Shown in pieces: positions 22,352 through 34,750 of a stretch of 64,000 nucleotides of DNA; within the stretch, counting starts at the first letter, position 1, and each line of letters starts with the position of its first letter. The notes under the pieces are model-generated. The model was not told where the DNA came from. It saw nothing but the letters and a program-made list of their open reading frames with translations, and did not search any database. A program made the position numbers and the translations under genes. The stretch lies in assembly GCF_004010195.1 (NCBI RefSeq), contig NC_057719.1:36304585-36368584 (forward strand), read 5' to 3'. The stretch is from Chiloscyllium plagiosum. Its lineage: Eukaryota.

Positions 22352-25104
22352 TGTGATAATCCCTTTAAGGCCCATGGGGAAATTACTGATTAATCTCCCT
22401 TTGGAGGTCATTGAGTATAAGTTCCCTTGGTAACAGACAATGGCCTGCCTAGCTGGAACTCATCCCCTCAGCCCTTCATTAAGCAAACCCAAGGAGGGGT
22501 CAGCCGGACTGTCTCTCATGAGCTGGGACTAGCCTATATATACCATGAGTAGTGGTTCTATTTTGTTGTTCAACAATAAATTATATTCCTTTCCAGTTTG
22601 GATTCCTGTGTTATTACATTGGCGACGAAAGTAAAGAAATACTTTGAACAGCCTTGGCTTTCAATGAGGAGAAAGTGAGGACTGCAGATGCTAGAGATCA
22701 GAGCTGAAAAATGTGTTGCTGAAAAAGCGCAGCAGGTCAGGCAGCATCCAAGGAGCAGGAGAATCGACATTTCGGGCATAAGCCCTTCTTCAGGAATGAG
22801 GAGGGTGTGCCAAGCAGGCTAAGAAAAAAGGTAGGGAGGAGGGACTTGGGGGAGGGGCGTTGGGAATGTGATAGGTGGAAGGAGGTTAAGGTGAGGGTGA
22901 TAGGCCGGAGAAGGGGTGGGGGCGGAGAGGTCGGGACGAAGATTGCAGGTCAAGAGGTCGGTGCTGAGTCCGAGGGTTGGGACTGAGATAAGGTGGTGGG
23001 AGGGGAAATGAGGAAGCTGGAGAAATCTACATTGGCTTTCAATGAACCTGGTAAGACCATTACGGGGAAATATTGGAAATGCTACTGTTTGGGAAACTGG
23101 AACTTTACAATGTGGGTGTGGAGGATTAGCCCCAGGCAAACAACGTAGAAGGTGATTACAGATAAAAGGTCATTCTCTTGACCACTGTGGGGACCAACTT
23201 TCAGCATCATAAAAATCTTAACCCACCCAGCAGCCCCGAGTCAAAGTCTTTTGGTGAACTAATAGATATGGTAGCAGACTACTATTGTGCCAAACCACCT
23301 GTTATACTGCTGTGTTCCAGGTTTAACACAGCAAATAGACTTCCTGAAGAACCAGTGACTGAGTTTTTAATGAGACTGCAGAAATTGGTGGAACATTGTG
23401 AGTACAGGTCAGCATTTCAGGAAATGTTAAAGGATTGCTTAGCTTGTGGAATTAATAACATTGCAACCCAAAAGAAGCTACTGTCTGAATCAGATCTGGA
23501 CCTCATAGAACTGGCCCTTTCCTGTGAAAACATGGAAAAGAGGGTTCAGGAGCATCAGGGTTGTCCATCGATGGTACTGTTGCTGTCCTCAACCTTAATC
23601 TACACCCATACCCCGTACCTCAGAGCCAGGTCCCCAGCACGTAATATTCGTGGCACCCATTTGTTGCCAAGGAAGTGTGATTGGAGTCAAAGGCTGCAAT
23701 GTTTCAGAACTGGACAGGAACTTTCTCCACAATACAGTGAGGAGAAAATACATCTGTACTGCACTTGTAATGATAAAGGCTGCACCAGTCAAGGCTACCA
23801 AAATAGAAAAAACGTGTAGCACCCAGGCCGATTGATAAAGCCACCTCAAAACAGGTCTTTGCAAATAGATCAGCCCTAAGATAAGGAATTGATACAGTAA
23901 ATTACATCATTGCTCCCAAAGTGCCCCAAATTAAGATAAAACTTCAGATAAGTGTCAACCCCTTAAAATAGGAGGTAGACTGTGGTACTGCTGAATCTGT
24001 CGTTAGGGAGCAAGCCATCTTACCTTTAAGCCTGTGAGACAACAAGGCCAGATTGGTGCATGCACTGAGGAGCCCTTATGTATTATTGGGACCACTATAA
24101 CCCCAGTTACACAATCAACAGTCGATTCCCCTTCATGGTGGTGTATGCGCTGGGTCCCAACATTTTAGGGAGGGACTGGCTGCAGAAAATCTGGCAGGAT
24201 TGGCAACAGATCTTTAAAATGGGTACTGGTGATCTCTATGAAGCCATTGAGATGTATCCTGAAGTAGCTCAAGTGGGCCTCAGGAAGACAAAAGATACCA
24301 GGGCCCAAGATCTGCGTCGACCTAAATACTTCAAGGCAAGATCAGTCTCCTAAGCCCCACGTTCCAAAGTACAGGAAGAATTTGTGTGTCCAGAGGAATT
24401 TGGCATCATACACCCAGTGCAATTTTCTGAATAAGCCACACCAGTAGTCTCTCAGTTGTTAAACTTGACAACTCGGTCTGCCTCAGTGGGAATAGTGAGT
24501 TGACAGTCAACAGAGATTCCTGCTTAGACAGAGCCCTTATACCACACATAAAAGACTCATATGAAAAGCTGGCTGGGGGTCACATATTTTCTAAATTGAA
24601 TAAAAGCCACACCTACCTCCAACTGGAGCTTGGGGGATCGGCCAAGAAGTATGTTACTATAAATGCCCAGAAAGGACTGTATGAGTACACAGGGTGATGG
24701 AGAATAGCCTCCAAGGGACACCCGGAATGGAAGTCTATCTGGATAACGTTGTAGTCTCAGAAGCTATTGCAAAGGAACATGTGACAAGTTCGGAAAAGGT
24801 CTTATGATGTTTTTCTGAGGCTGATGTCCAGCTAAAAAGGTAAAAATGTGTGCTCCAGATAAACAAGCCAACACCCATCCAAATCATTTATATAAATGAT
24901 GAAAAGTAGAGGACTCAGCACCAAGGGCATATATAACTCTGTACAGGTTGATTAGAAAATAAAATTAAGCTGACCCAGGGATGGGTCTGCAGAACTGCCT
25001 GTCCTGGATTCTGACTAACCTTTGTACACTATGAGTAGTGGCTACATTTTGGTGTTTGACAATAAATGATGTTCCATTCCAGTGAGGCTTCCGTGGTTAT
25101 CATA
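22352..25104 (+). mobile_element. Decayed Gypsy/Ty3 (Mag-like) LTR retrotransposon: LTR-PBS-gag-PR-partial RT-partial LTR
   Basis: 5' LTR 22352-22618 (TGTGATAA...TTATTACA, AATAAA) and PBS TGGCGACGA at 22620. Gag-like ORF 23178-23819 (EPVTEFLMRLQKLVEHCEY...MLKDCLACGIN). Protease EVDCGTA at 23972 and ILGRDWL. RT LAGGHIFSKL...YVTINAQKGLYEY and YLDN at 24736-24747. Partial 3' LTR ~24965-25104. No RNaseH or integrase seen. Confidence 0.85.
22668..23031 (-). mobile_element. Penelope-like pLTR insert inside the Gypsy leader
   Basis: Reverse complement of the 10790-11093 sequence; hammerhead variant CTGAAGAagggcttatgcccGAAAtgtc; 14-bp TSD ttggctttcaatga at 22654-22667 and 23032-23045. Confidence 0.88.
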
Positions 25105-25344
25105 GTATGAGTAATCCAAGGAGATTCTGCTTTTCATTTAGGTCTTGCCATGAACTTGCAGAATGCGTAAAACTTTTCCACTAGCTGTTCTTTGACTTGT
25201 GGTTGTTTAACCTTTTCCACCTTCTGAATGAGATTGAATTTCATACACACTCTACTACACAAGAATGAATTTTTTTGGTTTTAAAGTACATGAAGATTTT
25301 CTTGCATTTAGTGTTCTGAGTTGCATGTAGCATATCATTAATAA

Positions 25345-25800
25345 GACCACAAGATATAGGAGCAGAATTTGTTCATTTGGCCCATCATGTCTGCTTTCCC
25401 ATTCGATGATATTCTTCTCAGCTCCAGGCTCCTGCCTTCTCCCTCTAACCTTGATTCCCTTACAAATCACGAACCTATCCATCTCTGTCTTAAATATACT
25501 CCATGACTTATCCTCCCACAACCCTCTGCGACAATAAGTTCCACATTTTAACCACTCTTTGGCTGAAGAAATTCCTCCTCATCTTAGTTCTAAAGAGGTT
25601 TTCCCTTCACGCTGGGGCTGTTCCCTCAGATCCTAGTCTGTTTTCCTATTGAAAACAACTTATCTATGTCCAGTTTAACCAGGCCTCTCAGTATTCTGTG
25701 AGTTTCAATGGGATCCTTTCATTCTTCTAAACTCCATGGAGTGCAGACCCAGATTATTCAACCGTTTCTCCTAATGTTAAACATGATATCCCCTGGACCA
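25345..25800 (-). mobile_element. CR1 3' fragment
   Basis: taagaccacaagatataggagcagaa 3' terminus; minus strand encodes LRTKMRRNFFSQRVV and IFKTEMDRF. Confidence 0.8.
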
Positions 25801-28800
25801 TATCGCTGAACTGCCAGCCGTGAGAAATGTTTTGTCAACCAACATTTTCTATCTGACTTGATTGAGATATTTACTCCGATGTCTCACTTGACATTTGTTA
25901 GATGCCCGTTGATATAAATGATTGTATGTCAAAACGTTTGGTCTGGGTGACTGATTTGCCTTAGCAAAACTTTAGGTTAATCTTCTAGTGGAGACTGTTG
26001 TACTTTATTTAATTTTCTGTATGAGTGGTTCTTTGGTCTTCTGATTCTCTGTGACTGTATTCTGCTGCAAAACATTTCCCGAAAGTGACCTACTTTCTTA
26101 GAATAACTGCATTCTTTTCAAAGTCTGGACCATGTCCATGACTGTCAAGTTTATTTGCTTCACTGTGTTGGAAAGGAGCTTGAGCGTTTAGTATTTACTC
26201 TGTCCAATGCATTGATTTATTTGTCACAATTTTGGTGGCTTTGTACTTTAAGAATTGAATAGATTCTGGAAATCTCCTATTAGGTTTATCTTCTCGTAAG
26301 ATCAATCTGTTTTACTTCCATACCATATTCACACTCCATTTAAGTGGTTTGGCCTAATGATAGTTTTTTTCAACTGCAATAAATTTGCAAAAGACTCTTC
26401 AGTGATACCCACAACAATCTTATTTCTTATGAATTGTTATTTTAATTTATCATTGTCGCATTTCTTCACTAACCTTTAGAGATTATTAATTAAGTAACTA
26501 TAGGCCGGTGAGTCTCACTTCTGTTGTGGGCAAAGTGTTAGAGAGAATTGTAAGGGATAGGATTTCATGGATTCATCTGGATGCTGCACTCTTTTGTTGA
26601 ATGTTACCCTTTCATAAATGTTATTATTGTTGAGTTTGAAATAGTTCCTTTTATAATTGTATGATGTTTTATTTACCTTTTGGTGAGCAATTACATCACC
26701 TTCTTTGCTCCAAATTGTGAGTGGAAATGCATTTGCTTATTCAGTTTCTGTCTTACTCTTCCAAATTGGAAGCTATTATGTATCTTAAGAATTGTTTTGT
26801 CCCTTTGCCCAATGTTGTATTCTATGTGACCTATCTCTGAAATTATGTGTTTCTGGCAATGTTACATCTGATGCCATAGCCTCCTAATATGATTAGGTAT
26901 CTTATCTTATTTGTTAAAACAAATTCTGCAGTAATGACAGTTTATCTATGCTTTGCAGTGACACAGAGATTTTCCCATACATTTTCGTAACATGAAAGCT
27001 TTTCTACTGTTCAAAGTTGCAGTCGAGATTTTTTTTCCTATGCTTTGGAGCCTCACTATGATTTCCACTGCATTCTTCTCATCGTCTGAAAATTTCCATG
27101 TTAGACCAGAATTGCCTGATTCTCCAAATCGGCCAATGTTTGCCTTCCTTTAAGTGGTTTGGTTAATGATTTCATTGCTCTCTGTACCAAAATACAATTA
27201 TTAACTCATGGCCCTCTGAGGTTAATTTCCCTGCCTTATTATATCCACATGCTAAGGTAGCAACCTTTTTAAAATTTGTTTCCCTTTTCAGCTGAATACT
27301 GCACTGTTTATGGTATCCACTTTTGTACAAAAGAGTTTCAGTTTTGACCCATGCAATCCTTAATGTCTGGCCAATCCATTGGCACAACTTTGATTTGGGA
27401 CCTTTTCTACAGAGCACTACTTCATTATGTAGCCTGTACCTCTGCTTTGGAGTATGCAGATTACATTTGCTCTTGTATGTCTTCTATGAGGTCAGAGGTG
27501 CTTTCTATGTAATTCTTGGAAGTATTATTCCGTGTTGACATTTGTCGTGAGATTTGTGGGATTTTCTGTTGCAGGCAATCATCAGTATCCATTTAGATTG
27601 AAGTCTTCTGTATCACCAGATGTTTCTTTCCTATTCGGTTGAAGCCCCAAATTCTAATTTACTAAAGCTGGCACTATTGTTTGCTATGTTTTGAGAGGGA
27701 ACATTGTTAGCACCATGGTACATGTAGGTTACTTCATTTCCAAAGGGATCTAATGTGGATTAGGGCAACCATTTTTCTAGTTTTTGCATAGCAAGACTCA
27801 TGACGATTATTGGATTACTTGAACTATTTACAGGTTACATGAATATGACCTACATTAGTACAGAGACTGTGAGGAGCGCCCAGTCCTCAGTTCTGCCTCC
27901 TACAAGCTGCTTCTTTACTCTGATCATACACCTTACTGAATTCAATCAAGCATTAAAGCTTTGAAACCCGCATAAAACAATAATATAGTTTGAATACATT
28001 TCAGCTTTCATTACAGTCTGTCAGACTTAGCTCTATGTGTCCACCCCTCTCAGAACTCCGCTTGCTTCTCTCCGTCTTAACAGCTTAGAATCTGTCTATA
28101 AGATATTATCCCCTTTTTAAATCTATGTTCCTGGTATGAATTAAGGTCACATTGAGTAGTGGTGTATCCTCCCATATCAGAGCTGACTGCAATTGCTCAG
28201 TAACATTGTTGATCCTGACACCAGGAAGGGAATGGGATTCACATTTGCGGCTTGACTGCCCATATGTCATATGTTCTGTCTCTGCTTGGGGCTCCTTAAG
28301 CTGTCAGCTACACTGAGACACCAGAGAATTGCCAACTGCTGCTCAAGCTGTAAAGCCCAGAACCTGAGTGTTGTCCAGCTGACCATGAACCCTGCAGCTG
28401 TGGTTGAACTGGACATGAAAGCATCCTGGAGTTTTTGCAACAGGGTGAGCACGCCACAGGACTGAGATACCCTGCCATAGCTCTATTTATTAGATTACTG
28501 AAATTTAATATAAAAAAACCTAAAGATTCATTAAACACTTAATAGGAACTTACCAGGTGCTGAACAATCAGGATTGACCTGTGTGCTGACATAGCTTTTA
28601 ACAATTTTCATCATTCCAACACCAAGCCCTCCCAAGCGCCTCGATGCTCATGCTCACTCTATTCTACTGCTTTAGAATTGCATTGAACTATTTCAGGTAG
28701 ACTCTCCTTACCTCCAGGATCTCTGAACTTGTTCAAGAAAAAAGCAAATTACTTCCTATGTGCTCAGTTGATTTGCTTGCCCTCAGTCGACAGCCTGCAT

Positions 28801-29669
28801 GCTCACTATGGCATCAGTGTTAATGTCACTCTTTCAGAATTCTGAGAATACTCTAGTGCTTGTGTTAGATATTTCCTTTCTTGTTATTTGGCATTGCTAT
28901 AAACACACCTGTCTGTTTTTCAGTCCATGATTTCCCTCTTTCTACTGCATTTTTCATTAGTATTTTCAATCATATAATTCAACAGGGAAAGTATTCCATA
29001 TGGTTAACTGCAATGAAACTGTATAAGTTGTAAAGAATTCATAACACATTGAAATGAGTCAAACACTTATTTTCTTATTTCATCTACCTTCAAACTAACA
29101 TAAAGCTGTCAGTTGAGTTCAAACAAATTTTTTTCTCTGTCAATATTTGGATAAAGTAAACAGCAAAATGGATGTTACTTCGATATAAAAATTGACAGCT
29201 GCTGATAAAAGTCTGAAAATGTCTGAACTGTGATGGGAATTGTATGATTTCACTGGACATCTGTCAGGACATTTTCTTTATTTATAGTGATATGTAAAGT
29301 GTAAAATATGCTATAAAATCCTGATCAAATCTATCAATTACAGGAAAACTAATTTCAACAAGCCTTCTTTGTGTGTTAAGTAATGGACTATAAGCCTCAA
29401 ACATAAGAAAGGTTTTAATCTCATCCTGTTCATACATAATTCATTTCTTTTTGACTTGTATGCATAATTAAGGCACAGAAACTTGGTGTCTTTCCCAAAA
29501 TGTTGCTCAGTATCTCTTATCTGGCACTCAGTTCCAAGAATATACTCTAATACTATTCCAAAGCTGTTCAAACATTTCTGTGATTGTAAGTATTATATGT
29601 TCTGCAGGTCCTTTGTCAATTAAGTACATTTTCTAGAATCACATTGGTCACTGATTTCCTATTTATTTC

Positions 29670-30180
29670 GTAACTCAGAGCTCATTCAAACCTTTGCTGC
29701 TAGAACACTAAACCAGATAAAATCTTGTCCAATTATCACTGCTGTACTCATTGATCATTACATTGGTTTCTGGTGCACTGACAGCTCAATCTTACAGTGT
29801 TCATCCTTTTGTAAATATCCTTCCATCACTGTGTCCACCCATATATCTGCAACCTTCCTCAGCACACAAGCCTCCAAGAACCTTGTATTTCTCCAACACT
29901 AACTTCTTATGTTTACCCCACTTCCTTTCTTCACTATTAACCATTGTGCCATCAGTACTCTATGCATTAAATTTTGTGTTTCATTTACTAAACCTCTCTG
30001 CCTTGCCACATTTTTTTCCTGCTTTAAGACATTACTTAAAATCCACACCTTTTGTCAAGTGTTTAAATCATTAAGCCAACAATTTACTCCTTTGATATCA
30101 ATTTTTGAAATATGACACTCCTGTGAAGGCTTCGGATCTTTTCTGTGTTAAAGATGTTTCATAAATCAATGTTGTTACTT
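29670..30180 (+). mobile_element. Degenerate L2-like LINE 3' end
   Basis: ctcattcaaacctttgctgctagaacactaa (IQ-xx-A-AR-xL-like) and tail tgtgaaggcttcgga...gatgtttcataaatcaatgttgtt. A similar piece lies at 41950-42790. Confidence 0.5.
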
Positions 30181-30584
30181 CCTTTTAGAGAAGAATAATG
30201 ATAATTTGGAACCTATGAATATAATTTATTAAATAGAGATTGGTACTATTAATATGCCAGGCATGCAGTATTTACCTGAGCTTAGGCACTGGTTTAAGTG
30301 CATAAATCTTTATAAGTGTATCACTAACCATCTAAAAAATCCCTTAAAAGACGCGCTTTAAGATGTAAAAATGACTCCATTGATGAATTTTATTTTACTG
30401 TCAAGTAAAAACAGAAATTGAGATATTATCTATCATATATATTGTAGTATAAAAAGTTATGTCCATAAAACCACAAGGTTAATTGACATGGGAGTCTCTG
30501 TGTGCAGAAGACCTTGTATAGAAAGTTGTTACCATGGTTAAGAGAGCATCATTGCTTAGCAACTGGTTATTGATACATCTCTTT

Positions 30585-31084
30585 NNNNNNNNNNNNNNNN
30601 NNNNNNNNNNNNNNNNNNNNNNNNNNNNNNNNNNNNNNNNNNNNNNNNNNNNNNNNNNNNNNNNNNNNNNNNNNNNNNNNNNNNNNNNNNNNNNNNNNNN
30701 NNNNNNNNNNNNNNNNNNNNNNNNNNNNNNNNNNNNNNNNNNNNNNNNNNNNNNNNNNNNNNNNNNNNNNNNNNNNNNNNNNNNNNNNNNNNNNNNNNNN
30801 NNNNNNNNNNNNNNNNNNNNNNNNNNNNNNNNNNNNNNNNNNNNNNNNNNNNNNNNNNNNNNNNNNNNNNNNNNNNNNNNNNNNNNNNNNNNNNNNNNNN
30901 NNNNNNNNNNNNNNNNNNNNNNNNNNNNNNNNNNNNNNNNNNNNNNNNNNNNNNNNNNNNNNNNNNNNNNNNNNNNNNNNNNNNNNNNNNNNNNNNNNNN
31001 NNNNNNNNNNNNNNNNNNNNNNNNNNNNNNNNNNNNNNNNNNNNNNNNNNNNNNNNNNNNNNNNNNNNNNNNNNNNNNNNNNNN
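30585..31084. other. Assembly gap (500 N)
   Basis: Run of N; the right flank is a CR1 3' tail (ctctatgattctatgactctat). Confidence 1.
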
Positions 31085-31317
31085 ATGCTGTACATCTCTA
31101 TGATTCTATGACTCTATCTTTAGAGTTCTTAGGCAATTGATGCTGAATAAACTGGAAGCTGCTGTGTTTACATGCATTTTAATGAAGCTTTACAACCTTC
31201 AAGTGAAGAGCTAAGGGTTAATAGTTCAGCACATCATAAAAAAAGACAGAGAAAAAGAAGCGGCGATTGCCTAGTTACAGTGTACATGGGTATATTGATA
31301 GGCAGAACAATCTAGTA

Positions 31318-31544
31318 GGCAAAAATGAGGACTGCAGATGCTGGAGATCAGAGACAAGATTAGAGTGGTGCTGGAAAAGCAGAGCAGGTCAGGCAGCATC
31401 CGTGGAGCAGGAAAACTGACGTTTTGGGCAGGATCCCTTCATCAGAAATGAGGCTGAAGGGCTCCTGCCCAAATCGTCAACTCTCCTGCTCCTCGGATAC
31501 TGCCTGACCTGCTGTGTTTTTCCAGCACCACTCTAAGCTTGTCT
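31318..31544. mobile_element. Fold-back PLE pLTR insert, family 1
   Basis: Arms agagtggtgctggaaaagcagagcaggtcaggcagcatccg / cggatactgcctgacctgctgtgtttttccagcaccactct; 15-bp TSD cagaacaatctagta at 31303-31317 and 31545-31559. Confidence 0.88.
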
Positions 31545-31640
31545 CAGAACAATCTAGTAAACAGTTGTACTTGGTATGAAGTATTAAATGCTCTGGTCAG
31601 ATGTCCTGCAAAACAGAAATTGCTAGGAATTAAGGGAATA

Positions 31641-31783
31641 CAGAAGAACCTTGATTATCCGAAGGATACAGGCAGGGAGTATTTCATTTGTTTAATCAAA
31701 TTCTGGATAATTGAATGCCGGATAACATAGTTTAGCCAAGCATCGTGACCCTGTAATCTTGCCGGATAATCGAGGTTCGTCTG
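31641..31783. mobile_element. Tc1/mariner (Tigger/pogo-like) MITE
   Basis: TA|cagaagaaccttgattatccg ... cggataatcgaggttcgtctg|TA: terminal inverted repeats with a TA TSD. Confidence 0.8.
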
Positions 31784-34369
31784 TATGTGTTTGTTCTGAA
31801 GTTAAAGCAATAATAAGTTTAGTTTGTTGAAGATGCTTCATGCACACATTACCGAAAAAAAGCATCTAGCGAGCACATAGAAATTTGCCAAAAGGAAACT
31901 GGTCATGCCAGCCTGAGTAAGAAGCCCCAGTGTAGAGATAGTGGTAAATCTTCACTGACATTTGAAGCTGTAAGGATGTTCATGAGGAGAAAGGGTAATG
32001 TGAGCTTAACTCTCTCTCTGGCATTTGAAATGAAACCTTTTCAACTTTTTGGTCTAGTATCATGTAAGTAATGTTTTTTGTTTCTTATTTAATAAATGTT
32101 TTACTCTATGTTAAAAGTGGTGGACACTTGTGAATAGGCTCAGTAATAGAACTCCATGGTTTTAAAGAAACAAGTGTTATGAACAGATTCCTTTCTAAGT
32201 TCCTCAACTTATTACAGTTCCAGATAGATACACAAATCATCAATCTCTCGGGAAAGGGAAGATGAATTAGCTCCCCTTCTTTAATGACCCTCCCCCTTAG
32301 TTGATCACAACAAAGTTAGTTGTAAAGAAGTCCCTCCCTTATGGATGCCTTTCTCACAGACAAAACGAATTGTGCTTTTAAAAGCAGCCAATTCAACTAG
32401 GTTTTCTTGAGTTAACAAGAATCAGTTAATTAGTAATTAAATGCAAGTAGAAATAGTAACACAACAAATATACAGACAGATTAGGAACAAGAAGTGAATC
32501 CTAAAAGAGACAAAATGTAAATGTTGTACAGATCAGTTTCTCTGGATTATTCACGAACAATAGGTAGTGGAATGTTAATAGCTGAACAGTCAAATTTGGG
32601 ATTCCTGGATTTTGCAGGTTAGTTGAAATTCTTTTGTTTGTTTCTACCTGACAGTAGTTGGCTGGCAAGAGAGTCAGGGCAACAGAGTCAGAGCAAGAGA
32701 GTACTTTTGTGGCTCTATTTTGCTTCACTGGCTAGCTAGCTACCCAACTTCTATTACACAGAGCAAGAGAATCATTTTACCAGCAATGCAGGGGTCACTA
32801 GTGGATGGGTCTTCAACTGTGACCTCCACAGGACACTAGTACTTAAACCTAGGCCAGTGCACATAGGTGCCTCAGTTGAGTAGAACACCTTTTTACACAC
32901 AAGCCAAGGTTGTGGTCAGTCTTAAATTCCCTTCCTTTGTATATTCCTGGAGGCAAAACACAAAAGAACCCTACAAGAGGTCGTTTTCTGCTCAGTGATG
33001 GAGTATAATCGTCCCCCTTGTTATCACTTCCTGTTATTACTCTCTCTCTCTGTTTGATGTTTCTCTGACACTCTACAGGTGTGTCATTACAAGAGGAAAG
33101 TGCTGACAGTCGTAGAATGTGACATTGCTGATGATGAAAGGAAGCATGTAATAAAATTTTATAGGAGGAACTTTGATAATCTTAAGGTGGTCACACATCA
33201 ATACTCAAGATAGCAGTCAAGGACCAAAAATATGTACCTGGATAGTATAATCATCTGCTTTGTAAGTGATTTGATATTGTGAGTAGGCAAGTACGCGGGT
33301 GCTGCATTTGGTTGAGTACAATAATTTGAGATAAATGGAGTCACCAGAACTACTAATTGTAACTGGATATCAATCATCATCAAACAGGTGTATACTTTTG
33401 ATTGGTATTTGTAAACTATTCTCAAGATAACATAAAGGTATAAAAACTTATGTGAGGTATTGTTTGGAAAGTCTGTTTGTCACATGGTATGCCTTCCTTG
33501 CATATGCTTGAATAAAAATCAATGTGAAGAAATTTCTGGTCAGTTACAGAGACCCAGGGAGCTGGATAACTGAAGGTTCATATAACATCGCTGAATTTAC
33601 ATCTACAGTCATTTTTAAAACCTGCAGTAGTCATCTATTTTAAAAAAAAACACATTTTGGAATTAAAAGTTAAAACTTTTATACTCCTTTGGATTCTGGC
33701 TCCTTGCCTTGTCACAAGGTTAGTTGTAATAAGCCAAATTTCTCTCTGGAATCTTTTGTCCAGTATTAATATTATCTGGGGTCATACCACAATGTTTAAA
33801 AAAAAGCCATGAATCATTATTTCTGACAGGAGAAAATAATACTCACACATGTGATGACAAGATATTCTTCAGGAAAAAGTGAGATTATTTTATTCATGAG
33901 TATTGCTGCAAATGGGATTTTTCCCAAAATTTATGGTCCAGTGAACACAGTCTGAAAACAGTGGGAGAAATGGATCATGATATTTGCTGTTGCTTCTAGA
34001 TCTATTTCTCAGCATTGCTATCACATCAATGTTTCATAAGCAAATTCTTATACTGTGAAAAGCACACTCTGAGATATTGCCTTTCAAAGATACTTTGGAT
34101 TTCTACACAGTTCAATCTTCTTTAGTCTTTTGTGTGTAATATATGTTACAATTTTAGATTCCCCCTCTTTTGGAATTCAGAACACAAATGTACTTTGAAG
34201 AGTTATGCAAATTGCACGTCAGCACAAATTATACATTTTCAAGAAATCTGTCAATCATTATCACTAATCAAGATCAAAACATTAAGTATCCCCAGGTTAT
34301 TAATACATAAATGGTAACTGGCATCTGAGTCATCAGTTCTGATTTAAAATATTCAGATTTGATATCCAA

Positions 34370-34750
34370 GAACTTTTTACAACCCCAGCACACCCAAAGC
34401 ACTTCACAGTACATGAAGTACTTTTGAAATGAGGCCACTGTCATAATGTTGAAACAGCAAGTTCCCACAAATAGCAATGTGATTACTGAACAGATTATCT
34501 GTTTTAGTTTTATTGAATGATAAATGTTACTAGAACCACTGACTCTTCAAAATAACATCATGGGCTTCAATCCCCTTATTGGTGAAATATCTCCGCAAAA
34601 GCACAGGATCTCCGACGGTCAAATATTGCCTCAGTTCTGTGCTGAAGTATCTTACTAAAGGATGACTTTTCTGGAGTCCAGTCCCTCAAGAGGGACTTAG
34701 ATCCACAAGCTCTGGCTTTGGGGCAAATGCGCAGATGCTGAAACAAGGCT
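34370..34750 (-). mobile_element. DeuSINE (SacSINE1-like)
   Basis: cccaaagcacttcacag...gaagtacttttgaa...cagcaagttcccacaaatagcaatg is the reverse complement of the same domains seen at 10273-11210. Confidence 0.6.

Noticed and set aside
22352..25104. Gypsy gag-pol near DLK1 as an RTL1/PEG11 precursor or domesticated gene
   Set aside because: RTL1 lies downstream of DLK1 and derives from sushi-ichi-like elements. This element is upstream, looks Mag-like, retains LTR and PBS, and has stops, frameshifts and a YLDN catalytic change.
25800..27850. Possible very old minus-strand LINE
   Set aside because: The composition is suggestive, but I could not recover convincing motifs, so it is left unannotated.
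30534..31103. Long ORFs across the first gap
   Set aside because: Artefacts of N runs.
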